This document shows positions 10,703 through 20,293 of a DNA stretch of 64,000 nt, one piece after another. The position numbers and the translations under genes are program-made. Below the pieces are notes generated by a model, which was not told the DNA's origin, did not search any database, and worked only from the letters and a program-made list of their open reading frames with translations. The DNA is taken from NCBI GenBank assembly GCA_027859085.1, contig JAQIBJ010000013.1, positions 1,372 to 65,371 of the forward strand, read 5' to 3'. Each line of letters begins with the position of its first letter. Position 1 is the stretch's first letter. The DNA comes from Mycoplasmatota bacterium (GTDB lineage Bacteria > Bacillota_I > Bacilli_A > Izemoplasmatales > Hujiaoplasmataceae).

Positions 10703-11080
10703 CTAAATTTGCATCATTGGAATAAAGACAAAGATAAATAATAATCCAACAACTAAAATAACAACGCTATAAGTGATCAACAGTTTGCTAAAAAGTTGAT
10801 TAATATTTACAGATATGTCTTTCTTTTTAATCAAAATTGTCTTTTTCCACATCAACAATTGTAACATAGAAATACCGACTGAAACAAGCATTATCAAAAC
10901 AACCCAAAGATTTAACAAATAATAATACATGGATATGATTTGACCAAATATTAAAATTGTCGGTGTTAAAATTAATAACGAATAAAATAAACTGGCAAAT
11001 AATGCATCAAGTAAATCAGTCATTCCTAATTCTTTATTTAATACTTTCCAGGATTTAAAATACGCTTTCATATTATTCAA
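10703..11080 (-). CDS. Hypothetical membrane protein (about 3 TM helices)
   Basis: Hydrophobic helices; overlaps the upstream gene and lies 8 bp from lspA. Confidence 0.7.
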   Translation of the reverse strand: MNNMKAYFKSWKVLNKELGMTDLLDALFASLFYSLLILTPTILIFGQIISMYYYLLNLWVVLIMLVSVGISMLQLLMWKKTILIKKKDISVNINQLFSKLLITYSVVILVVGLLFIFVFIPMMQI

Positions 11081-12125
11081 TCCCTTCTAAATAATCAATG
11101 GCTTCTTGAATTGTTGCAACAGGTATCAACCAACCTTCAGGATCAATACCAAATTCCTCACAAGCCGCTAAAGCTTCTATATAATTATGCGAAGAATATC
11201 TTTCATCTATCGCAGGAATAAAAAAGAGATCAACTTTATTAATGTAAGCTGTCGCAATCTTTTGTTTTACACCACCGATGTATCCAACACTACCATCATA
11301 TCTAATCGTGCCAGTACCTGCTATTTTCAATCCATGAGTAATATCTTCTTGAATTAAATTGTTATAAATTGATAATGTCTGTAATAATCCCCCTGATGGC
11401 CCACCTATATTTGAATCATTTTCAGTAAACTTAGGGTTTATTTCATCTTCATTTACAAGTAAATATTCTGTTAAAATTAAGGCTCTATCTTCAATATCTT
11501 CGGTTGTTAAGTCGACTTGATATAGTGCTTCTTCATTCTTAAAATTAAATGTATATGAATTACCTTCTATCATAAAATCTGTCAAATCATTAATGTCAGT
11601 GACTAATTCATCACTTTCTCCAATCATCGAGATAAACTCATCACCTAAACCCACTGAATCATAGTTTGATAAATCCTCAGCCTTACCGGTGACCAAAACC
11701 ACATGATAAGTTGCGGATTCTTCAAAGATGATGTCATCATTATCTTCACTCGCCAATTGATACGCAACAATCACTGCTGCATCAACACTCGTCATCTTTT
11801 GAAGATAACTAATTTCTCTATTTTCTTGGTCTGTATAATGTCTATAATATTCTGGTAAAATAATCACTTCATTATATTTCGAAAAGTCATTAATAACGAA
11901 TTGAAAGAAAGTTGGTCTTTTAAAAGATATAATATAAGTTGAAGAAATTGAACCTTTTATTTCTTCAACTTCATAATCAATGTCTATCACAGATTCTACT
12001 TCTGTGATGCCTCCTGGGGCATAAATCAAATAATCAATACGATACACCAATAAAAACATCAAAATGATGTATGGAATGATTAATATCCTTATTATCGGCC
12101 ATAATTTTTTAGTAAGTTCCTTCAT
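11073..12125 (-). CDS. YlbL-like membrane-anchored S16 (Lon-type) serine protease
   Basis: N-terminal TM helix; IGGPSGGL (catalytic Ser), IAGTGTI, IGGVKQK (catalytic Lys). Confidence 0.85.
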   Translation of the reverse strand: MKELTKKLWPIIRILIIPYIILMFLLVYRIDYLIYAPGGITEVESVIDIDYEVEEIKGSISSTYIISFKRPTFFQFVINDFSKYNEVIILPEYYRHYTDQENREISYLQKMTSVDAAVIVAYQLASEDNDDIIFEESATYHVVLVTGKAEDLSNYDSVGLGDEFISMIGESDELVTDINDLTDFMIEGNSYTFNFKNEEALYQVDLTTEDIEDRALILTEYLLVNEDEINPKFTENDSNIGGPSGGLLQTLSIYNNLIQEDITHGLKIAGTGTIRYDGSVGYIGGVKQKIATAYINKVDLFFIPAIDERYSSHNYIEALAACEEFGIDPEGWLIPVATIQEAIDYLEGIE

Positions 12126-12591
12126 AGTTTATCCTAACATCATATTTTTCTAATTTCTTAAAATTAACTCCAGCCATTTTAAATAATTTTTTTGAAGCTT
12201 TAGTCATATCAATATCTGGATATTTGTCTTCTAAATAAATAACCTCTTTAATTCCAGATTGAATAATAAGCTTTGCACATTCATTACAAGGAAATAATGT
12301 CACATATATCCGTGAATTCAGTAAATCTTTATTAGAATTCAAAATCGCATTGGCTTCGGCGTGAACCACATACGCATACTTCGTATCTAGAAATTCACCT
12401 TCTCTTTCCCATGGTAATTCATCATCTGAACAACCTATTGGAAAGCCATTGTATCCTATTCCAACAATATGATTTCTTTGATTAACAATACACGCACCTA
12501 CTTGAGAAACATTATCTTTAGATCGTTTCGAAGATAAATCCGCAACGCCCATAAAATATTCATCCCAGTGTATATAACCATCTCTTTTCAT
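12109..12591 (-). CDS. dCMP deaminase family protein
   Basis: VHAEANAI and FPCNECAK zinc-deaminase motifs; start moved to the ATG after the GAGGTG RBS. Confidence 0.93.
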   Translation of the reverse strand: MKRDGYIHWDEYFMGVADLSSKRSKDNVSQVGACIVNQRNHIVGIGYNGFPIGCSDDELPWEREGEFLDTKYAYVVHAEANAILNSNKDLLNSRIYVTLFPCNECAKLIIQSGIKEVIYLEDKYPDIDMTKASKKLFKMAGVNFKKLEKYDVRINYEGTY

Positions 12592-12611
12592 AAACGACAC
12601 CTCATTAAAAA

Positions 12612-13127
12612 TTATTTATTTTTCTTATAAATTGGAAACTCTTGTATATTGGTTATTTTGTTTAAATTAATATGACAATAACCATTTGGGTTTTTATCCA
12701 AATAGTGTTGATGATAATTTTCTGCCACTGTAAAATCTTTTGACATTTTTACAGTTGTGACAATTTCTTTAACATATTGATTGCGTATAGAAACGATATA
12801 TTTTATTGCAACATCAATATCTGATTCGTCATAACAATATATACCAGTTCTATAAGTCAGACCAATATCATTGCCCTGACGATTCACCGATGTTGGATCA
12901 ATGATATTAAAATAATGTTCAAAAATCAGCGATAAAGAAGTCACAGATTCATCATACTCTAAATACAACGCTTCTGTATGACCACTTCCGTTGAGAACAT
13001 CTTGATAAGTCGGATTATCCATCATGCCATCAATATAACCCACAGTTGTTTTTGTAATGCCTTTTACTAAATCAAAATAAGCTTGGACACCCCAAAAGCA
13101 TCCGCCTGCCAATACTATTTTTTTCAT
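12612..13127 (-). CDS. msrA: Peptide methionine sulfoxide reductase A
   Basis: [20 protein letters not shown]. Confidence 0.96.
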   Translation of the reverse strand: MKKIVLAGGCFWGVQAYFDLVKGITKTTVGYIDGMMDNPTYQDVLNGSGHTEALYLEYDESVTSLSLIFEHYFNIIDPTSVNRQGNDIGLTYRTGIYCYDESDIDVAIKYIVSIRNQYVKEIVTTVKMSKDFTVAENYHQHYLDKNPNGYCHINLNKITNIQEFPIYKKNK

Positions 13128-13133
13128 TTGCTC

Positions 13134-13820
13134 TTATTCACTTTCTATTAAATTATTGATGACAAAAGAAGCCATCATTAGCCCTGCCGAACTAGGGCAA
13201 AACGCAGTTGAACCAAGAATTTGTTTATCAATGACCTCAGCGGGTTTTTCTTCTGAATATACCACAGGTATATCCATAGACAAACCAGCATCTTTAAACT
13301 TTCTTCTCATTACCTTGGCTAAGGGACAAACACTTGTTTTCTTTAATACAGATAATCGAATCATTTCAGGATGAAATTTATTTGCAAATCCCATGGCTAA
13401 AATAATCGGTATACCTAATGATTGACATGCTTTTGCAAGTTCTACTTTCGCAAAAACATCATCTATACAATCTAAAACAAAATCAGGTTTTCTCTTTAAT
13501 ATTTCAAAAACATTATCTTCAGTTACTTTTTGATTAACCACTTCAATTTCAATCTCTGGATTGATATCTTTGGCTCTGTTTAAGAATACTTGTGTTTTAT
13601 ATTCACCAATTGTAGATTCTAAAGCAATGAGTTGTCTATTAATATTAGTGATATCAACTGTATCATAATCAACAACTACTAAATGACCTATACCACTTCT
13701 CACCAAGGCTTCAGCTGCAAAAGAGCCAACCCCACCTAGGCCAAAGACAATGACAAATTTATCATGTAATTTTTGCAAACCATTTTCTGAAATTAAATTT
13801 TCTAATCTATTAAAACGCAT
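13134..13820 (-). CDS. tcdA: tRNA threonylcarbamoyladenosine dehydratase (ThiF family)
   Basis: GLGGVGS, DITNINRQ, CPLAKVMR, VVYSEE; start at ATG 13820 after GAGGTG. Confidence 0.88.
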   Translation of the reverse strand: MRFNRLENLISENGLQKLHDKFVIVFGLGGVGSFAAEALVRSGIGHLVVVDYDTVDITNINRQLIALESTIGEYKTQVFLNRAKDINPEIEIEVVNQKVTEDNVFEILKRKPDFVLDCIDDVFAKVELAKACQSLGIPIILAMGFANKFHPEMIRLSVLKKTSVCPLAKVMRRKFKDAGLSMDIPVVYSEEKPAEVIDKQILGSTAFCPSSAGLMMASFVINNLIESE

Positions 13821-13832
13821 AAACACCTCTAG

Positions 13833-13855
13833 AAATAAAGGCCGCACAGGCAGCC
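13833..13855 (-). terminator. Short intrinsic terminator
   Basis: GGCTGC-CTGT-GCGGCC followed by TTTATTT on the minus strand. Confidence 0.55.
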
Positions 13856-13856
13856 A

Positions 13857-14297
13857 TCATTTTCTTTTTATATAATCAAACTTAAAATATTTTCTTCCAA
13901 GAAATCCAAGTAATATTAAAGTTACAGCTGAAATAAACACCAAAATATTCGCAATATAGTCTCTATTTCCACCTAAGTAATCAAATAAAACAACAAATCC
14001 CAATATCGCAAAAGCACTGACGAAAATTAAATATATAAACTCGCCTCTATAATGTACTTTAACTTCTCTTTTTAATTTATCTTTTTTTATAAACAATAAT
14101 AAACTTCCAAAAATCGTAATAAGTCCATTAATACCCAAAATAATTACAATGTATAGTGAAGGATCAATGATTTGATCAATATCAAATGTGTATGGAAACA
14201 CAAGAACAATTGGTAAAAAACATATCATTGTCCAATAAAACATTATGAAAGAAACTTCATAGTGAGAGTATATTTTCTCTCTTCTTAGTTTCATCAT
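13857..14297 (-). CDS. Hypothetical membrane protein (about 4 TM helices)
   Basis: Four hydrophobic segments; overlaps the upstream stop codon. Confidence 0.7.
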   Translation of the reverse strand: MMKLRREKIYSHYEVSFIMFYWTMICFLPIVLVFPYTFDIDQIIDPSLYIVIILGINGLITIFGSLLLFIKKDKLKREVKVHYRGEFIYLIFVSAFAILGFVVLFDYLGGNRDYIANILVFISAVTLILLGFLGRKYFKFDYIKRK

Positions 14298-15421
14298 GTA
14301 CCCTTAGCTTCAGAAAGGTTATTTTCATTCTTTTCTTTTCGCAAATCTCTAAAGAATTGATAGAACACTCGAATTGAAGCTGCAATTGGCGAAGCGAATA
14401 TGACGCCGATTGCTCCAAAGAGGGACCCAAAGAAGAGAATGGACACTATAATTAATATCGGATGTATGGACAGTTGATGTGACATAATCAATGGTTGGAA
14501 AATATTTCCTTCTATGAACTGTAACACAAAGTTAACCATAATAATCAATAATGGTCCCGGTCCGCTTGTTGCTAACATCGAATAAATTATTGGTGGAAGT
14601 GCAGCAATGATTAAACCAAAATAAGGAATAATATTGGTAATACCTGCCAATAAACCAAATACGAAATAGTATTTTAAACCGATCAATTTATAAACAATTG
14701 TTGCAACTGATCCTAAAGCTATCATTAACATTAGCTGACCACGTAAATACGCGCCAACAGTTTCATTTAATCTTGTTGTTAATTTTGAAACTCTTTTTTC
14801 ATGTTTTTTTGGAATAATCCCTCTAATATGGTCACCAATCAATTCATAATCATATAAATAATACAATAATAAAATTGGTAATAAAGCAATACTAGTAATT
14901 AAAGGTAATATCCAATGACTGATACCAGAAATAAATCCTGGTATAAAAGATTCTAATGTGTCTTGTAGTACATTCGATTGAATAATGTAATTAGATATCT
15001 GGTCATAAATATTTTGACCAAAAATAAAATCATCTCTTAAATCGGTGGTAATATAATCAACGATATTTTGGAATTCAAATTCAAAGAAATTTTGAATTTC
15101 ATTAGTGATTAAAGGAATTAAAAAATAAAATGCTGCAAATATTAAGCCTACTGTAAATACAAACACTAATCCTAGTGAAAAACCTCTAGGACCAATACCC
15201 TTTTTTTCCAAGTAACGAATAAGAGGAAATAGTATTAAAGCAAAAATATAAGCAATACCTATTGGTATAATAACTGACCTAAATGCTGCAAAAATCCAAC
15301 TCCAAAAATCACTAAATTGCATTGCAATGAATAATGTTCCCATGCTCAGCAAAATAATGACTAAATATTTAATAATTCTATTAAGTTTTTCGTCGCTAAT
15401 TTTCTTTTTATCCATAGTCAC
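14294..15421 (-). CDS. AI-2E family transporter
   Basis: YLRGQL, NIIPYFG, QFIEGNIFQPLIM, HPILIIVS...G motifs. Confidence 0.9.
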   Translation of the reverse strand: MTMDKKKISDEKLNRIIKYLVIILLSMGTLFIAMQFSDFWSWIFAAFRSVIIPIGIAYIFALILFPLIRYLEKKGIGPRGFSLGLVFVFTVGLIFAAFYFLIPLITNEIQNFFEFEFQNIVDYITTDLRDDFIFGQNIYDQISNYIIQSNVLQDTLESFIPGFISGISHWILPLITSIALLPILLLYYLYDYELIGDHIRGIIPKKHEKRVSKLTTRLNETVGAYLRGQLMLMIALGSVATIVYKLIGLKYYFVFGLLAGITNIIPYFGLIIAALPPIIYSMLATSGPGPLLIIMVNFVLQFIEGNIFQPLIMSHQLSIHPILIIVSILFFGSLFGAIGVIFASPIAASIRVFYQFFRDLRKEKNENNLSEAKGT

Positions 15422-15473
15422 ATCCTGAAATTATTATAACATATTTTAAAATGAAAAATACTATTTTATTAAA

Positions 15474-16772
15474 TTAACAGCCACTACAACCATTTGAACA
15501 ACTGCCACCTTTTAGTTGTTTCAATAAATAATCATATAAATCATCAATTTTAACAGGCACTTGTTCGCCTGTTTCTGAATCCTTTACATTAATGATTCCT
15601 TCTTTTGCTTCTTTTTCTCCATAGATCAAATAAAACTTAGCATTTAATCTATCTGCTTGTTTAAATTGAGCTTTTAAACTTCTATTTAAAAAGTCATAGT
15701 CTATTAAAATACCGCCCATTCTTAAATCATTAATTATTTTTAAACCTTCGTTGGTAAAAATATTATCCAAACTAATAAAATAAGCATGTATTTCTGATTT
15801 AGATTCCAGTACTGGAGAATTTTCTAATGCAAGCAATAATCTTTCGGCCCCAAAAGCAAAACCAACTGCTGGTGTATCAGGCCCATCAAGTTCTTCAATT
15901 AAATGATTATAACGTCCACCACCAACAAGTGTTGATTGTGAACCCAATGAATCAGACTGACTTTGGATTTCAAAAACAGTATGTGTGTAATAATCTAAAC
16001 CACGTACTAAATTACCATCAATTTCAAAATCTAATTGAAGCGATTCAAGTCCTTGAACCACATGATCAAAATGATATCTTGCTTCATCTGTTAAATAATC
16101 AACTGGTTTAGGTGCATTCAAAAGAATAGGATTTTTTTGATCAACCTTACAATCTAAAACCCTAAGTGGATTCTCTTCATGTCTTCTTTGACAATCTTGA
16201 CATAATTCATTTATATTTGGTTCTAAATACTCTCTTAAGACTTTTATATAATTTTCCTTAGATGCTTTATCTCCTAAAGAATTAACTTTAACGATGACAT
16301 CATCTATTCCTAAAGCTTTTAAGTAAGTTAATGCAAAATTAATAATTTCAACGTCTACTAAAGGTGATGCTGATCCAATAATCTCAGCACCAAATTGATG
16401 GAATTGTCTTTGTCTCCCTTTTTGCGGTCTTTCATATCTAAACATTGGTCCAAAATAATATAATTTTTGAGGTTGAGCTGGATCTGCATATAACTTGTTT
16501 TCAATCACAGCCCTTGCAATTGGTGCAGTTCCTTCTGGTCTTAACGTATTTGAACGTTTTCCTCTATCCTCAAAGTCATAAGTTTCTTTTTTTACAATGT
16601 CACTACTTTCGCCTACTGATCGATGGAAAAGCTCTGAAGCCTCAAAAATTGGAGTTCTAATTTCTTTAAAATTAAAGATTCTTGCAACTTTTCTCATAAC
16701 ATCTTCAATTTTCTGCCACTTTTCAGCTTCTTCAGGTAATATATCATATGTGCCTTTAATTCTTCTTATCAT
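15474..16772 (-). CDS. hisS: Histidine--tRNA ligase
   Basis: LRPEGTA, FRYERPQKGRQRQFHQ, LVRGLDYY, GGGRY. Confidence 0.98.
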   Translation of the reverse strand: MIRRIKGTYDILPEEAEKWQKIEDVMRKVARIFNFKEIRTPIFEASELFHRSVGESSDIVKKETYDFEDRGKRSNTLRPEGTAPIARAVIENKLYADPAQPQKLYYFGPMFRYERPQKGRQRQFHQFGAEIIGSASPLVDVEIINFALTYLKALGIDDVIVKVNSLGDKASKENYIKVLREYLEPNINELCQDCQRRHEENPLRVLDCKVDQKNPILLNAPKPVDYLTDEARYHFDHVVQGLESLQLDFEIDGNLVRGLDYYTHTVFEIQSQSDSLGSQSTLVGGGRYNHLIEELDGPDTPAVGFAFGAERLLLALENSPVLESKSEIHAYFISLDNIFTNEGLKIINDLRMGGILIDYDFLNRSLKAQFKQADRLNAKFYLIYGEKEAKEGIINVKDSETGEQVPVKIDDLYDYLLKQLKGGSCSNGCSGC

Positions 16773-16786
16773 AGCAATTCCTTTCT

Positions 16787-16812
16787 AAAAAAAATCGTCC
16801 TAAAAAGGACGA
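16787..16812 (-). terminator. Intrinsic terminator after acpP, directly upstream of hisS
   Basis: TCGTCCT-TTTT-AGGACGA followed by T8 on the minus strand. Confidence 0.75.
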
Positions 16813-16821
16813 CATTTATTT

Positions 16822-17082
16822 CTATCCAAAATAATCGTCACTAACACTGTTAGCTACATAATCCACTAAATCTTGAACGTTTTTCATATCAGTTGCAGCT
16901 TCATCAGTGATGGTGATTAAAAATTCACTTTCAATTTGATTGAATAATTCTAATGCATCTAATGAATCAGCACCAAAGTCTTCAGCTAATCCTGCTTCTA
17001 AATTAACGATTTCAGGTTTCACTCCTAATTCTTGTACAATCATTTCTTTTATTTTTTCAAATACCTTGTCTCTTTTTTCCAT
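16822..17082 (-). CDS. acpP: Acyl carrier protein
   Basis: DFGADSLD phosphopantetheine site; start at ATG 17082 after GGAGG. Confidence 0.93.
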   Translation of the reverse strand: MEKRDKVFEKIKEMIVQELGVKPEIVNLEAGLAEDFGADSLDALELFNQIESEFLITITDEAATDMKNVQDLVDYVANSVSDDYFG

Positions 17083-17146
17083 ACTGCCCTCCATTATTTT
17101 TTTATATAAATATTATATTCGATTTTTAACCTCTAGTCAAATAATC

Positions 17147-17590
17147 TTATTCCTCTGTATCAACAATAATTGTTACTGGACCATCATTAACCAAAGATAC
17201 TTTCATATCTTTTCCAAAAAGCCCTTCTTTCACCCTTAAACCTTGTTCAACCAACAAGCGATTGAAAGTGTCATACATTTTATGTGCTTGTTCATAAGGC
17301 ATTGCATCTGAGAAGCCTGGTCGATTTTGTTTTTTTACATCACCATAGATGGTAAATTGTGAAATTGATAACACTTCCCCATCTACTTTTGATATATCTA
17401 AGTTCATTAATCCTTTATCATCAGAAAAAATTCTTAATTTGGATATTTTCTTCGCAACATACTCTAAATCTTTTAATGTATCATTTTTATGTAAACCTAC
17501 CAACAATAGAAACCCATTTTTAATGTCACTAATTAATTGATTATCCACTTTTACGTTAGCATTTTTTACCCTTTGAACGATGACTTTCAT
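17147..17590 (-). CDS. dtd: D-aminoacyl-tRNA deacylase
   Basis: VQRV, SQFT, NDGPVT; follows relA. Confidence 0.96.
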   Translation of the reverse strand: MKVIVQRVKNANVKVDNQLISDIKNGFLLLVGLHKNDTLKDLEYVAKKISKLRIFSDDKGLMNLDISKVDGEVLSISQFTIYGDVKKQNRPGFSDAMPYEQAHKMYDTFNRLLVEQGLRVKEGLFGKDMKVSLVNDGPVTIIVDTEE

Positions 17591-19770
17591 GTGCCCATCC
17601 TTTCTATTGAAAAGACGCCTTTTACTTTTTGTAAATTGGCCACAAGATTATCAAGTTCATTGACACTTGATATTTCTATTTTTGTAATAATAGTACCTTG
17701 CTTCAAATCATTTGTTTGAGCGGAAACTTGGACAATCTTACCTTTAGATGATGTTGATGCATTGATGATTTCAGCCAATATATTGTCTCTGTTTTCAACA
17801 TATATCTTTAAGCTGGTTAAATATTTTTTCGCTTCATCATCGCCCCAATAAACATCAATTAAACGATTCTCATCATAAGTTCCGACGTTATTACAAGATT
17901 TTCTATGAACCATAATACCATATGATTTTGAGACATAGCCAATAATACTATCACCATATATCGGTTTACAACAATTGGCTAATTTAATCGATGGTTTATC
18001 AACACCCTCTACAATCACATTAATATCGGAATGAACGTATCGTTTCTTTTTGGTTGATTCCTCACGATTGTACTTTTCTAATAATTCTTCTTCAGTGATT
18101 TCTGGTTTACCAACCAAGACATTCACTACATTAATGGCAGATAAAACACCTTTTCCAATCTCATAATATAAATCTTCTTCAGTTTCAATATGTCTAGATT
18201 TAAAATGCGTATTAACTGTTTTGTCATCAATAGATAATTCAATATGTCTGCTTTTTACTTCTTTATCAAAATCGTTCTTTCCTTTTTCAATTAAATAATC
18301 ACGTTTTTGTCTATTCAAAAAGTTTTTAATTTTGCTTCTAGCATTTGAAGTTTTAGCAATATTAAGCCAATTTTCATTAGGACCAACAGAATTTTTAGAT
18401 GTTTTAATTTCAACCAAATCACCGGTTTTTAACATATAGTCTAGTGGTCTAATTTTTCCGTTAACAATTGCACCAACAGTTTTTTCACCAACTTTAGTAT
18501 GAATCCTAAATGCAAAATCAAGAGTCGTCGCACCAGCTGCTAAATCAATGATGTCACCTTTTGGTGTAAATACATAGACATTGGCATTAAGAATATCTCC
18601 AGTGAAAATATCTAATATTTCTTCATCTGAGTCTGATTCTTCAGTATATTTAATCAACTCGGAATACCATCTTAATTTAGATGACATAATATTTTCAATG
18701 TCTTTTCTGTTTGAACGTTTTCCGTGTGTTTCTTTATATGCCCAGTGAGCTGCAACACCTTTTTCAGCAATCTCATCCATTTCTTGAGTTCTTATTTGAA
18801 TCTCATAGATTTTACCATTACTAACCACGGTCGTATGTAACGATTGATACATGTTAGGCTTAGGCATAGCAATATAATCTTTAAATCTTCCTGGAACAGG
18901 AATGAATTTAGAATGGACAATACCTATGGCTCGATAACAGTCACTGACACTGTCAACAATGATGCGTAACGCCAGTAGATCATGTATTTCATCGAAATCA
19001 ATTTTCTTATTTTTCATTTTTGTGTAAACGGAATGAATGTTTTTAATTCGACCTCTAATTTCAAAACTAAAATTCTCAGCTTTTAATAACTTTTGAAGTT
19101 CTTCTTCCATACGATAAACATCAGCTTCACGACTGCCTTTCTTATCGCGTAATTTTTTAGCGATTTCTTGGTAATCATAAGGGTAAAGATACTTAAATGC
19201 TAAATCTTCTAACTCAGCCTTTAAGCGATACATCCCCAAACGATGTGCAATTGGTACAAAAATATCAAGTGTTTCTCTTGAAATTCTTGTTTGCCTTTCA
19301 TCATTTAAAAATGATAATGTCCTCATATTATTTAATCTATCAGCCAGTTTTACAAAAATAACGCGAATATCTTTTGCCATCGCAAGAATCATTTTTTGGT
19401 GGTTCTTAGCTTGTTGTAAAACTTTTGAGTTTTGATATTGTAATTGTTTTAATTTTGTTAGTCCTTCAACAATATCAGCTATTTCTTCACCAAAAGTTTC
19501 AAAGATTTCTTCATAAGTTGTATCTGTATCTTCTAATATATCATGTAGTAACCCAGCAATAATTGTATTTGGATCTACTTCATATTCAGCAAGTGTAATC
19601 GCAACATCTCTTGGATGTATAATATATGGTTCTCCAGATTTACGATATTGGTCGACATGTTTAGATTGAGCATAGTCAAAAGCGCTTCTTATGAGTTTAA
19701 GATGCTTAGGTTTAGATAAGTATTTAGATAGCGCCTCTTGTAGAGGCTTATAATAATCTATTTGTGCCAA
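17587..19770 (-). CDS. relA: (p)ppGpp synthetase/hydrolase Rel
   Basis: RKSGEPYIIHP, LLHD, KLADRLNNMRTL, YQSLHT, TGS and ACT domains. Confidence 0.97.
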   Translation of the reverse strand: MAQIDYYKPLQEALSKYLSKPKHLKLIRSAFDYAQSKHVDQYRKSGEPYIIHPRDVAITLAEYEVDPNTIIAGLLHDILEDTDTTYEEIFETFGEEIADIVEGLTKLKQLQYQNSKVLQQAKNHQKMILAMAKDIRVIFVKLADRLNNMRTLSFLNDERQTRISRETLDIFVPIAHRLGMYRLKAELEDLAFKYLYPYDYQEIAKKLRDKKGSREADVYRMEEELQKLLKAENFSFEIRGRIKNIHSVYTKMKNKKIDFDEIHDLLALRIIVDSVSDCYRAIGIVHSKFIPVPGRFKDYIAMPKPNMYQSLHTTVVSNGKIYEIQIRTQEMDEIAEKGVAAHWAYKETHGKRSNRKDIENIMSSKLRWYSELIKYTEESDSDEEILDIFTGDILNANVYVFTPKGDIIDLAAGATTLDFAFRIHTKVGEKTVGAIVNGKIRPLDYMLKTGDLVEIKTSKNSVGPNENWLNIAKTSNARSKIKNFLNRQKRDYLIEKGKNDFDKEVKSRHIELSIDDKTVNTHFKSRHIETEEDLYYEIGKGVLSAINVVNVLVGKPEITEEELLEKYNREESTKKKRYVHSDINVIVEGVDKPSIKLANCCKPIYGDSIIGYVSKSYGIMVHRKSCNNVGTYDENRLIDVYWGDDEAKKYLTSLKIYVENRDNILAEIINASTSSKGKIVQVSAQTNDLKQGTIITKIEISSVNELDNLVANLQKVKGVFSIERMGT

Positions 19771-19780
19771 TGAAATCCCC

Positions 19781-20293
19781 CTAATATTTTAATAACACTT
19801 TTATCGGATATTTTCCGACTCTTTCTCTACCTTTTAATTCTAATAATTCAATAATAAATGTTAATCCAACAACCTCTCCACCAGCTTCTTCAACAAGTTT
19901 AATCGTGGCTTCTAATGTGCCGCCAGTGGCTAATAAGTCATCCATAATAATGACTCTATCTCCTTTTCCAATTGCATCTTTATGCATTGATAGTGAGTTA
20001 GAACCATATTCCAAATCATAATCATAATCAAAAGTTTCTCTTGGTAATTTACCAGGTTTTCTAATTGGAATAAATGGTAATTCTAAAGCATAAGCAACTG
20101 GTGCTCCCACAATAAATCCTCTTGCATCAGGCCCAACAATCTTGGTTGCTTTTTGTTCTTTTGCAAAATCACAAAACTCATCAATGCATGCTTTAAAAGC
20201 TTTCCCGTTTCCTATTAATGGTGTAATATCTTTGAATTGAATACCTTTAACAGGGAAATCTGGTACATTTTTAATATACTTACTATAATCCAT
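19781..20293 (-). CDS. apt: Adenine phosphoribosyltransferase
   Basis: FKDITPL, RKPGKLP, DDLLATGGT. Confidence 0.97.
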   Translation of the reverse strand: MDYSKYIKNVPDFPVKGIQFKDITPLIGNGKAFKACIDEFCDFAKEQKATKIVGPDARGFIVGAPVAYALELPFIPIRKPGKLPRETFDYDYDLEYGSNSLSMHKDAIGKGDRVIIMDDLLATGGTLEATIKLVEEAGGEVVGLTFIIELLELKGRERVGKYPIKVLLKY

